A stretch of 63,768 nt of DNA, filler included, from Octopus bimaculoides (GCF_001194135.2; 11 parts of 11 records of this genome joined end to end with filler, not necessarily neighbours in it), one strand, 5' to 3'; positions 11,150 through 24,211 are shown, counted from the whole stretch's first letter. Program-made: numbers and translations. The notes: a model not told the origin generated them from the sequence alone.

Positions 11150-12400
11150 CCAGTAGAGAACACAAGCTTTATTCCTTTTTACTCTTCACATATCTTCTGC
11201 ATTCAGGACCCATGTCACACTACCATGTAGCGTTGCTATTCATACACAAGCTTCAAATACTTTGCCCCTTACTTTGAGAGAAAAATCTTTTATAACCATC
11301 AACAGTAAGAACCTTCTGAACTTTCTCCAGCTGGTTCTTATTCCAACAGCTCAATTTTCAGAGAACATCCTCCTCCACTGTTAATTAGATCACTTAAGCA
11401 ACAAAAACTATCTACTACCTCTAGGAAACCTCCAGAACATTTGAGAGAATCTATCTCTCATGTGTCCTTAGTGTTTATCACTTCTGCACATCCACTACAT
11501 ACTAAATCTTCTTTATCAGTTAACCTTTCTGTGATTTCACTGCACCTCTTTTGTGTCCATAGCTTATGCTTTTCATACATACTAGGTATAGCTATTTTCC
11601 TGAAGAAGTAAAGATCTGTCTGTTTTCCTGCTCACTAAAACTTTGGTCTTTGCTAAGTTATCTTTAAAGTCCTTTGATTCCAGGTTTTGCTTCCACATCT
11701 GGAATTTCTTTTCTAATTCTTCAACATATTCTGCTAAAAGAACAACATATTGTAGATTCCATAAGCAACTAGTCTTAAATTCCACTGTTTTGGCCTGGAG
11801 GACTATGATGAATGAGAGGGGACTGGTGAACTCCTACCTCTAAGCTAAATTTGTTGCAGTAATCATTGCTAACTCTCACAAGCCATTTGTCTACCCATAG
11901 TTTCCTCGAAGATCATCAGATCACAGATCAAGGGACACTGTTGAAGGTTTTCTCCAGGTCAATGAATGCTAAGTACAGCAGTTAGTTTACTTTTAGCTAA
12001 ATATTTCTCCTACAGTTGTCTTATTAGAAAGAAAGCATCAGTAGTACCTTTCCCAATCACAAAACCAAGTTGCATCTCATCTACTCTTATTCACTTCCTT
12101 ATTAATTGGGCTATAACTCTTTCTGTAACCTTCATGACTTAGTCCAGCAATTTGACCCCTCTTTAATTACTTCTATCTTATGTATCTCCTTTGCCCTTGT
12201 ATCAGCTGTCTATAACATTGCTATACTATTTGCTTGGTGTGACAGCTCCCTGTACAACCTGATAAATATACTAGAGCATATTGTATTCGACCAGATATTT
12301 TAAATATCTCAGTGATGGAGCTTCATGGAGCAACATTACTGGCAGCTGTTTGCTAAAAGCAGTGAGAATTATAGCAACTTTTTCAGCTTGTTGAAAAATT
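11150..12400 (-). mobile_element. RTE-clade LINE reverse transcriptase relic
   Basis: DEMQLGFVIGKGTTDAFFLIRQL*EKYLAKSK..AFIDLEK, VVLLAEYVEELEKKFQMWKQNLESK..NLAKTKVLVS; multiple stops and frameshifts. Confidence 0.85.
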
Positions 12401-13722
12401 AGGAAAGACCATCCTAGAAAGACAGTTTAACCATGCTTTCTCAGTCAGAAACTATGAGAAGCAATAAATCTTGAAAGAGAAAGCTCCAAATTACAAAAGA
12501 TAAAGATTAATTGAAAAATGCAAACTTCACTGTAACAACAGCAGACAATATGGGTTCTGTAAGCAAAAAACAGACAATGAGATTTAATGAACAATGACCT
12601 ATATTAACATTAAACCTAGTAACTCATGCACACATTTCATAAATCTCCTCTATAGCATTAGTTTCTAACCTTTCTTCCAACAAAGATATCTTTGACAGAG
12701 CACATTGTATTGCTATAGTTACACCAGTGTTATAATAGATAGCAGCTTATAATAAATAGCAGCTTCAAAGACAAGGTTTTTTTTTTTATATGCTTAACCT
12801 TTTCGTCACTTTAAACGAAGACCACATCTTGAAATGTCTGGTTTGCACTGCTATACTTATTAAACTTAAAAACTAACATTACTAACAGCTTAGTAAACAC
12901 TTTAATGTAAAGAGTTAAATAACTAAAAACTATTTGCAAAGAAATACAGTCTTATCTATTGCTGTTACAAGAACAAATTTGGACACATGCTCTCTGAAAG
13001 TTAGTTACGCTTGCACTTTCAGTACAATGAACATCACAACATACACTCGTCAAGACCAACAGAAACAAGTTGAGCAGAATTCTAATCTTTGATTGGAGCT
13101 AAGTTTGTAAATAAGTGAGGTAGGACTGAGGATCAAGTTACTATGATGGTAGTTGTATGTGAAATTTTGTGTATGTTTTTGCCAAGATATGGGTAGATTG
13201 TATAGGTTAACAAGAATGAGTAAAGAAGCTATATATTTTAATATATCTAATATTAAATATTTGGTCAAAGTTTAGCATGTTGTGAGATAGTTCATAGACA
13301 GTGATCTATATTTGTTGTTAATTCTTAAGCTGGCAAACATTTGATATTGTTGGTTTTTTATACATTTCAGGTCAACTGTAATTGGGCAGACATATTGCAT
13401 ATACATAGGAGGTGGAATAACTAGTTGTAAAATACATTTCTATTGTTCCAGATATACAACACCAGTAATTTGTAAAAGTTCATGCAATGCACTCTGACAT
13501 GCAGTGGTTTGTTGTATAAGATGCAATAAAATAGTCCTGGCATATTGCTTCACTCTTCACACAATTCAGTTTGTGTCGTTAGGCTTAAAGATTTTGGTAA
13601 TAGTCTCAATAGGGACAAGAAAAGTAGATCCAGTTACAGCACAAGAGCTGTTCACCCATTCTTATCATTGATGCTATTGATAATACAGTTACTTTTGTGT
13701 GTATGTATCTTTTTTTTTTTAG

Positions 13723-13727
13723 CTCAG
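13723..13727 (+). other. Candidate 5-nt micro-exon (CTCAG) or recursive splice point
   Basis: T-tract (13710-13720), AG at 13721-13722, CTCAG, then the consensus donor GTGAGT at 13728-13733. Confidence 0.3.
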
Positions 13728-14242
13728 GTGAGTGGAATGCTGATATTGGACAAGTTATTATTGAACTCTACATAAGCTCAGTGATTAGAGGACTTAATAG
13801 CAAACATTTTGTGTTGTGTCTTAGGGTGAGGCTAACTATTTTATTTAAAAAGGGAGCTGTCAGAAAGATGTCAAAATTTTTAATGATTTCAAAGTTAGGC
13901 TTTTGCTGCTATGACTGGTGGTGGTGGTGGTGGTGGTGGTGGTGGTGCTGCTGCTGCTGCTGCTGCTGTTGATGATGATGATGATGATGATGGTATGGTT
14001 GTTGTTATTCTTGAAGTCTTCATGTATTTGTGTAAAGCTGTGAGTTGTGTTTAGTGAACTGAAACTACATTGCAAGATGAAACCAAGAACCTGATGTCAC
14101 TGTGATGAGTTTTTGAAGGATTTTTTAAAGAATTCAGATGGTTGTATGAGTCTGTTGATGTTGCTATGGCAGAGTTCTTGGCAGCTTTTGAAACTGCTAA
14201 AATTTTTCCAGTTTGCCAGTAAAAATATGCATGCCTGGGCCT

Positions 14243-14412
14243 AGGCATGGTCGTGTGGTTAAGAAGTTTGCTTCCCAACAACATGACTTTAGATTCTGTT
14301 CCACTGTGTGGTACCTTTGCAAGTGTCCCAGTGTCTTCTACAATAGCCTTGAGGCAACCAAAGCCTTGTCAGTGTATTTGATAGATGGGAACTGTAAGAA
14401 GCCTATTGTATA
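14243..14412 (+). mobile_element. SINE family A (5' part), diverged
   Basis: AGGCATGGTCGTGTGGTTAAGAAGTTTGCTTCCCAAC..GCAAGTGTC..CCAAAGCCTTGT. Confidence 0.75.
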
Positions 14413-15129
14413 TGCGAATGTGTGTGTGTGTTTGTGTTTGTGTTTCTTTGTTTTGACCTTGTGTGATTATTGTAAATGAGCTTCACCAACAAGTGGTGTT
14501 GTTCATTTCCAGTTTTCCATGGAAACATATTTGGCCACAGGGAAAAACACACGAGTGTTGGTGACAAGAAAGATATCCATAAAAATCTGCTTCAACAAAA
14601 TCTGTCCAACATATGTAAGCAAGAAAATGTGGATGTCAATATAATGATGACGGCAAAAGTAATGATGATGATGATGATGAGGATGAGGATGATACTTTGT
14701 ATGTATGTGTTTGTGTGAATATCTTTGAATATTTGTAGTTGTATGTATACGAGAATGTAATATAATGTTTGAAGAAAGGAAGAGGAAAATATAAAGAAAC
14801 AGTAAAAAAAAAAAAAAGAAAAAAAAAAAGAATAATATATAAATAAATAAATAAATATAAACAATAGCTATCAAAGTGTCATTTTATTACTTTGGCGCCT
14901 AGCCTGTGTTTTATTCAAGAGTATTGACAATCCCTAGAAACGGAAATGTCCAAGAGGTTATTTTTTTAATAAACATTTTATGTTCTAACATTGTTTAGAA
15001 ATCATTGATAACTATTGTTTAGATGCATTTAAATGGGAATAAACAAATGTACTTTAATCTTGCCTTCAAATTTTCTTTAAGTGCAGATGTGCATGCGCAT
15101 GTACACGTGTGTGTGTGTGTATTAACATT

Positions 15130-15690
15130 TATGTGAGAAAGCTGTTGAAAATCACCTGGCAAGACAAGGTCCCAGACACAGAGGACCTCTCTTGAGCTGA
15201 TCCACCAAGCATTTACACTCTGCTGAAGAGAGCATAGGTCAGGTGCAGAGGTCACCTTGTTTGAATGCCTGACACATGACTACTCAAAAGACTGTTTTAC
15301 AGTGAATTGGCAGAAGGCAAGCGCATACAAAGTGGGCAGAAAAAGCACTTCAAAGATACATTCAAAGCTTCACTGAAGTGTCTTCAAATGAACCCTGACA
15401 CCTGGGAAATGTAGGCACAGGACTGTTCTGCCTGGTGAAGCTGGACTAGCAGAGGTGCCACTTATTATGAACAGAACAGGATTGCAGAAGCACAAAGAAA
15501 ACATGAGCTTCACAAGTCCAGAGCCAATTTCTTACCTTCATTCCCAGCAGACCACCAATAACCCACCTGCAGCAGAAGCTTCAGAGGATGCATTGGTCTG
15601 ATCAGCCATAGCCATATATGCACAGTGAGCCATCGTCTTCTCCCATTTCATGTCATGGTCATCATTGACAACAGCAGATAAATGTTACAT
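15130..15690 (+). mobile_element. RTE (BovB-like) LINE 3' end relic
   Basis: LRKLLKITWQDKVPDTE..RLFYSELAEGKR..GQKKHFKDTFKASLK..PTCSRSFRGCIGLISH, followed by a (CATA)n tail. Confidence 0.8.
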
Positions 15691-15705
15691 GCATACATAC
15701 ATACA

Positions 15706-15737
<32 letters not shown>

Positions 15738-16465
15738 CATACATTTATTGTAGTTTAAGAATCCATAAGTCATGAAAAATAGATGCTAGTATATTTGTCA
15801 ATAGAGTGAGTATATTAATGAAAGTATACAGTGTTATAGATCCATTACAGTTGATATTATCAATCGGTTTTGCACTGAATATTAGATAAAGAGATCACAT
15901 ACAATGACAGAGAGTAGACATAATGTTTTTTCTATATGTGCCCTCCCTAAAGAACAAGTGTATGTGATAGCCACCATGTTATCTAATATCCGACGCAAAA
16001 CTGATTGGTAAGATCGGCTGTAACAGATCCATAATGCTGTAAACTTTGATTAATAAGTATGTATTTATATATCTATATATCTATATCTATATATTTATAT
16101 CTATCTATCAATCTATTTATCTCTCTCTATATATATGTGTGTGTGTGTATGTGTGCATGTATATATTGCATGTTCATTTCTCTTTTTGCCATCTGTGATT
16201 TTATTTTTGATCTTCTATATAAATGAAGATATTTCCTCTGTCTAGCTGCTTTTCTTTCTACAAAACAGAAAGTTACATTGCAGAAAGGTCATTTTAATGA
16301 GTTGTATTTATTTATCGCCCAAAGAGATACATCTGCACCACTGGATGCTCCTGGACCAGTTGTTGAGTATCACACCCATGAGAAATCAATGCTAGATGTT
16401 TCTAAACAATTGTCGTAATTAATAATAAATTCTCGTATATACCATCTTCCATTTTCCATTTGCCA

Positions 16466-16752
16466 TCATCATCATCATCATCATCGTTTAACGTCCGCTT
16501 TCCATGCTAGCATGGGTTGGACGATTTGACTGAGGACTGGTGAAACCGGATGGCAACACCAGGCTCCAGTCTGATTTGGCAGAGTTTCTACAGCTGGATG
16601 CCCTTCCTAACGCCAACCACTCAGAGAGTGTAGTGGGTGCTTTTACGTGTCACCCGCACAAAAACGGCCACGCTCGAAATGGTGTCTTTTATGTGCCACC
16701 CGCACAAGCCAGTCCAGGGGCACTGGCAACGATCTCGCTCGAAAATCCTACG
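16466..16752 (-). mobile_element. RTE-type 3' UTR or RTE-tailed SINE ending in (TGA)n; second copy at 60845-60902
   Basis: (CAT)n-CGTTTAACGTCCGCTTTCCATGCTAGCATGGGTTGGACGATT..GGATGCCCTTCCTAACGCCAACC. Confidence 0.65.
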
Positions 16753-17362
16753 NNNNNNNNNNNNNNNNNNNNNNNNNNNNNNNNNNNNNNNNNNNNTTAA
16801 TTAATTAANNNNNNNNNNNNNNNNNNNNNNNNNNNNNNNNNNNNNNNNNNNNTGAGGACAAATATCTGTCAAATGTAAATAATGTAAATAATGTAAATAA
16901 CACAGTCATACTTACGCTTGTTCATTAGTAGCTAATGAAAGGAGATGGGAAGAATGACGAACGTGTATTTAGATCGAATGTAGGACAAACTGAATATATT
17001 GTTTACAGGAAAATAATACGAGATTTTACAATTTATTTCATTTGGAATGTTATAAATGCTCTTACATTACAATTTTCTGTAAACAGAGGGAAATTCCTTG
17101 GAGTCATTTTTCTAAAAGTTATGTATTAAACGAAACCGCACAGAAAACTTCCTGTTGTAACACACAAACTCGAGGCACAAGCATTCATGCGTGCGAGCAT
17201 TCATGTTTGTTTTTATGTGAAATTACTTATAAAGACAATTTAACATTAAATAACTTTTAGCGGAATACATATTTGTTCATGACGGATGGTAATCCGTAAC
17301 TTATTAGTCACTGTCAACTTTTTTCCTTGAAAAACAAAATGAAAACAAACATACAAATATAT

Positions 17363-17532
17363 TTATACAGATACATACATGCATACACACATACATAAAT
17401 ACAAAATTACCTTGTTGATATTGAAATTCCAATGAAGAAGACTTGGATCTAGGTTAGAATCCAGTTCTTTCTCTATTGGCAAGAAATCTTGAAATATAGC
17501 TGAACAATGACATACATACATACATACATACA

Positions 17533-17566
<34 letters not shown>

Positions 17567-18365
17567 CGTACATACATACATACATACATACATGCATACA
17601 TACATACATACATACATACGTAAAGTAGTCTATCATTGGCAAAAACCCAGATTACTAATTCCCATTTTGAAGGGTGTGCGTTTGCAATCCAGGAATAGTA
17701 AATATCAACGAAATACCTGATGAACAAAACGGACGGGGATGCAAGTAAAGCACCAAAATGTGATAACCGATGCAGACATTGTAGAGTTTAACACCGAAGA
17801 TATCGCTCACATCATAAGCAGTTGACCGAAAATGTCATTGCGGTATTATCTACTGATGAGACATGATGCTGTTGTTAGGACACTCTATAATGAGATCGGT
17901 TGGAAGGATAATCCTGAGGCCAAAGAAATAAGAACCTTCAGTATATATGAGGCCATAGCCACTCATAATCAGAAGACGGACTGGTGAAATGTCCCAGTGA
18001 AAATCTCAATAAAATGTAAACACAATAGACTTGATATAATGATTTGAGATAAAGAACAGAAATTGTGCACAGTTGTGGAAATCAGCTGCTCAGTGGATGT
18101 CGACATAAAATTAAAGATCACTGGAAGCGAAAATTACTATGCTGAACTATTGAGAAATCTAGTTATTCTACACAGATTACAAGTTCAAGTTTATACCTGT
18201 AATCATTAGAGCACAGGGATATGTAACAAACTGCCTAAATACCAAACTTGAGAAATTAAGCTTCTAAAAAAACAGAAAAGAGAAAGCTGATTCGAAGACT
18301 ACAGATCCAAGGTATCACTGGAACAGTCAAAGTCCGTAAAACTTTCCAGAAGTTTATCATTTAAG
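17363..18365 (+). mobile_element. Tandem R4/Dong-like (RLE) retrotransposon fragments: 3' UTR plus (CATA)n, then a CCHC/RLE coding relic
   Basis: 17770-18363: CRHC..HIISS*PKMSLRYYLLMRHD..KHNRLDI..VEISCSVDV..FQKFII*. 17400-17510 matches the 3' UTRs at 30860-30980 and 41112-41220. Confidence 0.8.
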
Positions 18366-18559
18366 TATATAAGAAAACAGAATTAGAGCTAGTGAGAGTG
18401 AGAGAGTGTGGGACGTTGTCTTTCTTTTTCCCTCTGGCCGTTTGTCTGCCTGCGTCCATGAGTCTAGTGGTCTGTTCACTAACTGATGTTAGCTCACTCT
18501 CAACTCAAGAGTTGTCACCAAAGTGACTAACTCACTTGTCCTCAAGTCACTAACTGGTT

Positions 18560-18998
18560 TTTATTGGGAAGAGGGAAGAGGGGTATGGGGGAGAGAAAGA
18601 GAAAGAGAGTGAGCGAGAGGGAAAGAGAGAAGAGAGTGAGAGAGTAAGGGTGAGAGAGTAAGAGAGTAAGAATGTAGAGAGTAAGAGTGAGAGAGAGGGA
18701 AAGAGAGAAGAGAGTGAGAGAGTAAAGGTGAGAGAGTAAGAGAGTAAGAGTGTAGAGAGTAAGAGTGAGAGAGGGGCGGAGTACGAGAGAAGAGAGTGAG
18801 AGAGAGGAGAGAATAAGAGAGAGGAGAGAAAGAGTAGGGGTGAAGAGAAGTGGGAGTGAAGAGAAGTAGGAAGAGAAGTGGGAAGAGAAGTAGGAGTGAA
18901 GAGAGGTGAAGAGACATACAAAGAAGTAGGAGTCGGAGCAGGAGGGGAGGGGGAGCGGAGAGATGGGTGGTAGGAGGGAGGGGGAAGAAAGACAGGAG
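18560..18998. repeat. Purine-rich degenerate GA repeat tract
   Basis: About 440 nt of almost pure A/G on the + strand with internally duplicated units. Confidence 0.9.
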
Positions 18999-19545
18999 GN
19001 NNNNNNNNNNNNNNNNNNNNNNNNNNNNNNNNNNNNNNNNNNNTTAATTAATTAANNNNNNNNNNNNNNNNNNNNNNNNNNNNNNNNNNNNNNNNNNNNG
19101 ATGATGATGATGATGATGAAGAATAAAAGGAAGGAGGAGTAGAAGAAGGAAGCATAGAAGACGTTGTCCGTCCGTCCGTCCGTCTGTCCGTCCGTCTGTC
19201 CGTCTGTCCGTCTGTCCGTCTGTCCGTCCGACTCTGTTTTTTTTTTGTGTCTCTGAGACTGCGACATGTTCTTCCCATTATATTGAAACATGAAGGTTCA
19301 AACAGTCAAGAGCTGTGAGTAGTTGCAATAATAGCAATGCCCTGTCGTTGTTGCCTGACGACATATCACCAGTAGCGTTCCATCCGTGGCCACCCCCGTT
19401 TTCTTTTTTTTCAACCAAGCTATCTAGGACCATGTTCGTCCGTTCTCCTTCCATTTTCACAACGAACGCACTACTATATCTTGTATGTCAGGCGTTCCAC
19501 GTAGAGGCTGCCTCGTTGACTTTTGAATAATATTAACGTTTGAAA

Positions 19546-19589
19546 ATGGTCGGCGCGGGAAAGAAACTGCAGGGAATGGATTACAGTTG
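19546..19589 (+). CDS. Candidate first coding exon MVGAGKKLQGMDYS(W/C), unassigned
   Basis: AAAATGG start context, open frame, donor TG|GTGAGT at 19590, within a non-repetitive, more GC-rich island. No protein family recognised. Confidence 0.25.
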
Positions 19590-19863
19590 GTGAGTGGGGC
19601 CGGGTCAGCTCTGAGAGGAGAGACCTATGTCATCGGCAAACATATCGTACAATTGGATCTCCTCCTCCTCCTCCTCCTCATTATGATCACCATCATCATC
19701 ATCATCATCATCACCATCATCAACAGCAGTAGTAGTAATAGCAGCAGCAGCAACAGCAGCAGCAATTGCTGCTGATGTTTAACATCGGCTTGGTCCTGAT
19801 GTTATGGCTGATTCATGTGAGTATATATATATATATATATGCATACATACATACATACATACA

Positions 19864-19897
<34 letters not shown>

Positions 19898-20000
19898 CAT
19901 ATAAACAGTTGCAATTTACAGAATTACAAAAGACGAAGACAGGCGTGTGTGTAAACAACAAACACATGTATTAGTTTAACGCTCAGGAAGGTGAGAAAGT

Positions 20001-20036
20001 CTTTTACGTTTCGAGCTTACGCTCTTCAACAGAAAG
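20001..20036 (-). ncRNA. Minimal hammerhead-like motif with variant core
   Basis: CUUU-CUGUUGA-A-GAGC(GUAA)GCUC-GAA-AC-GU-A-AAAG: stems I and II pair, palindromic stem III, A6 replaced by U. Confidence 0.5.
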
Positions 20037-21232
20037 GAACACAAGGAAATAAATATAGAGGGAATATAAAATACCCAGTTAATACGGTTAAGCTCTTAAT
20101 TGTGATTCGGGTAAAAACCTTGCCCAATGCCGTACATAGCTCTTCCACAGTCACCGGCTACTTGATGTCATCATACAATATAAGTGCACATGCTATTGGA
20201 TATGCACCAGAAATTCCATTGTAACTGTAGAGTTTATATAAACAAATGATAGAAAATAGAATGAATGATATACTTTATTTAAAATCACTACTATTGTTTC
20301 GACGTATTCTTGCACCTGTATGTCATAGGTAAGATACTGTGCAATCGTTATCTTACATTCCAGGCGTAAACTGTACCTCCTTAGGTGATTGCTTCAATAA
20401 GTTCTTCATCAGATACGCTCGCCATTTCATTCAGTTTGAGAATGTATACCTAGAGTGATGTCGGGCACAATGTCGCATTCTGCACCTGGAATGTAAGATA
20501 ATGATGGTACAGCATCTCATCTGAGAAAATTGTAGTGATTTTAAAGAATATCGATAATTCCATTTTCTGTCATTTCTCTCTCTCTCTCTCACTCTGTATA
20601 TATATATATANNNNNNNNNNNNNNNNNNNNNNNNNNNNNNNNNNNNNNNNNNNNNNNNNNNNNNNNNNNNNNNNNNNNNNNNNNNNNNNNNNNNNNNNNN
20701 NNNNNNNNNNNNNNNNNNNNNNNNNNNNNNNNNNNNNNNNNNNNNNNNNNNNNNNNNNNNNNNNNNNNNNNNNNNNNNNNNNNNNNNNNNNNNNNNNNNN
20801 NNNNNNNNNNNNNNNNNNNNNNNNNNNNNNNNNNNNNNNNNNNNNNNNNNNNNNNNNNNNNNNNNNNNNNNNNNNNNNNNNNNNNNNNNNNNNNNNNNNN
20901 NNNNNNNNNNNNNNNNNNNNNNNNNNNNNNNNNNNNNNNNNNNNNNNNNNNNNNNNNNNNNNNNNNNNNNNNNNNNNNNNNNNNNNNNNNNNNNNNNNNN
21001 NNNNNNNNNNNNNNNNNNNNNNNNNNNNNNNNNNNNNNNNNNNNNNNNNNNNNNNNNNNNNNNNNNNNNNNNNNNNNNNNNNNNNNNNTATATATATATA
21101 TATATATATGTAGTAAATCCAGAAAAGAAGAACAAGCACAACAATGCGAGGGCGTGGTACGTGTAAAATATTAGCAGACGCCCAGGGAAGGAAAGAAAGA
21201 TAGTTTATGTGTGTGTGTGTGTGTGCGTATGT

Positions 21233-21283
<51 letters not shown>

Positions 21284-21803
21284 AATAATATATGAGTATA
21301 TGAATATATATGTACATGTATCTATATACCTTCATCTACATGTATATATAGATGCATATCTGGGTACATGACGTTGCAAAAAAACATGGACAAAATGATA
21401 AACAAGATACAGAAAAAGCACAGGCCACATAGAGAACATTTCTTTCATCAGCTGCCACCATTATAACACTGGCGTTTCGAACAGTTAGGGCAGAAATATA
21501 TATATATATATATAATACAAGGAATATATATACATGTATACACACATATATGTACATACTTACATCTACATGTGTATATATATGCATATCAGGGTACAGG
21601 ACGTTAGAACAATAAACTACAGACAACGGAACGAACACATAGGAAACGGAAAGCCACTTGGAATATCCCTTCATCAGCTGTCTCTATTCTATCTAGACGT
21701 TTCNNNNNNNNNNNNNNNNNNNNNNNNNNNNNNNNNNNNNNNNNNNNTTAATTAATTAANNNNNNNNNNNNNNNNNNNNNNNNNNNNNNNNNNNNNNNNN
21801 NNN

Positions 21804-21971
21804 AACAAGGGGAATGCCGGAAACGACAGACAGAAACAGTTCCGTTGGGCTCTCTGATGGGACGCTAAAGATCCAAGAAATGAGAGACGGCTGGAATCCG
21901 TAGGCAAGATTTGTATGACAGGCATAATCAAACGCTTTGCTCTCACCGAATTTCTCCAAAGCATCAGCGCA
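21804..21971 (-). CDS. Candidate exon of the minus-strand gene (runs into gap)
   Basis: Strong acceptor CTCTTTTCCTTATCACTCTTCAG| at 21972; two of three frames open (e.g. CADALEKFGESKAFDYACHTNLAYGFQPSLISWIF..). Confidence 0.3.
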
Positions 21972-22057
21972 CTGAAGAGTGATAAGGAAAAGAGGGTCCC
22001 CAGTGAATCTGATTTACAGCTCCGTTACGGTGGTCATTAAGGAGAGAGGGAGAGGGA

Positions 22058-22139
<82 letters not shown>

Positions 22140-24078
22140 CAGGTCCTCCTTAATAATTGTTTCCATTACCTTAAAGATATAAAAAATTAGTGTAATAGGG
22201 TGATCGGTGCCCGGATAACAGAGGAGAATNNNNNNNNNNTAGTGTTGGTGTTAGTCGTGGTGATGGGAGTGGTGGTTGTAGTAGTGGTGTTATTAATGTT
22301 GTGGGGATATAGAGGTGTTGGAGTTGTAGTAAGTATAATGTTGGCAGTGAGGTTTGAACAAACCAACCAACCAGCTAGCCAGCCAGCCAGCCGACCAACC
22401 AACCAAACTTTGAAAATTAGATTGGTGAATAAATCCAGCCGGAAGGGCTCCACTAGATGCAACAACAACAATTAATTACATCGTCAAGAGATGTTTTAGT
22501 CATTAAAAAAAAAGAAACATACAAAATTGTTTAAATCACTTTTCATTAATTTTTGAGGTCTGAATCCGTTGCATTGATTGGTCGGTCGGTCGGCTGTGTT
22601 AAATCAAAAGTTGACTATCTAGGATTCGCTCTTGGCTTGGCTGTTCACAACTATCTGAACAGCCTCGTTGTGAACAGTACAAAAAGGTCAAACCTCGGGT
22701 AGACTATCAACGTAAGATGTTACAACATACACACATACACAGGGACACACACACAAACACATACACACACACGCATGTACACATTCTCACAAAATGTCTA
22801 TTCTTAAGAAGTGGAGTAAATATATACTTGATACCACGGTAGAGTGTAATAATTCATTTCGTCGGATCCGGATGACTGCCACCTTTGGAGCGTCTTTGAT
22901 GTCCGTCTTTGTATCAGCAAACAGAAGAAACTGGATCGGGAAAAAGCACACTACTTCCCCATAATGCTTGACAGACAAGAGCATATGATTGATTCTTCGA
23001 AGAACGACAAATGGACGCAAGTGTAGAACTGGTTTCTCATCCTTACCAAAACATTTCCACCTTTTATTTTTTTTGCATCTCTCGTACTTTTTTTTTTCTG
23101 CTGCTGGCTTATGACCAAAGCCATGATTAAGGACAATGGGATATGCGACGTGCTGCAATTGTTTTATTGCTTTTTTTTTCTGTTTTGTTTTGTTTATATG
23201 AATTGCTTTTGTGTTTCTCTTTCTGTTGCAAGATGCAATGGTGGCTTATCCCCACAGCCGAAAGCTTTCGTCTCTCTGTTGAAGGTGTCAAACTTGATTT
23301 GATGTGTAGTGCCTTGCTTGCATGCGGATGATGTGTGCTTGCGAAATGTCAAGGAAGAAATGAAGAACAGTGTCACCTGTGGACCAGTTGTATGGNNNNN
23401 NNNNNNNNNNNNNNNNNNNNNNNNNNNNNNNNNNNNNNNNNNNNNNNNNNNNNNNNNNNNNNNNNNNNNNNNNNNNNNNNNNNNNNNNNNNNNNNNNNNN
23501 NNNNNNNNNNNNNNNNNNNNNNNNNNNNNNNNNNNNNNNNNNNNNNNNNNNNNNNNNNNNNNNNNNNNNNNNNNNNNNNNNNNNNNNNNNNNNNNNNNNN
23601 NNNNNNNNNNNNNNNNNNNNNNNNNNNNNNNNNNNNNNNNNNNNNNNNNNNNNNNNNNNNNNNNNNNNNNNNNNNNNNNNNNNNNNNNNNNNNNNNNNNN
23701 NNNNNNNNNNNNNNNNNNNNNNNNNNNNNNNNNNNNNNNNNNNNNNNNNNNNNNNNNNNNNNNNNNNNNNNNNNNNNNNNNNNNNNNNNNNNNNNNNNNN
23801 NNNNNNNNNNNNNNNNNNNNNNNNNNNNNNNNNNNNNNNNNNNNNNNNNNNNNNNNNNNNNNNNNNNNNNNNNNNNNNNNNNNNNNNNNNNNNNNNNNNN
23901 NNNNNNNNNNNNNNNNNNNNNNNNNNNNNNNNNNNNNNNNNNNNNNNNNNNNNNNNNNNNNNNNNNNNNNNNNNNNNNNNNNNNNNNNNNNNNNNNNNNN
24001 NNNNNNNNNNNNNNNNNNNNNNNNNNNNNNNNNNNNNNNNNNNNNNNNNNNNNNNNNNNNNNNNNNNNNNNNNNNNNT

Positions 24079-24211
24079 CTGATTTTGGCAAAAGAAATAA
24101 TTTGCCCGGCTGATGGTCAGTTGCCAAAGTCTTGTAGTCGTAGTCGGCTTCATTGGGATAACTGTTGCTAAATGAAGCGTACACAATGACCACACCACAC
24201 TGGACATTTAC
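24079..24211 (-). CDS. Internal coding exon (3' end in gap): VNVQCGVVIVYASFSNSYPNEADYDYKTLATDHQPGKLFLLPKS
   Basis: Acceptor TGTTGTTGTTTTCTGCAG| at 24212, phase 0, open to the gap; frame matches the upstream exon 24807-24931. Confidence 0.7.

Noticed and set aside
13905-14000. Compound (TGG)n(TGC)n(TGA)n tract giving poly-W/poly-C ORFs
   Set aside because: Ordinary trinucleotide microsatellite.
16797-16808. TTAATTAATTAA islands inside N-runs, recurring about ten times
   Set aside because: Identical 12-mer with stops in all six frames, always embedded in gaps: a scaffolding spacer, not biology and not a CRISPR-like array.
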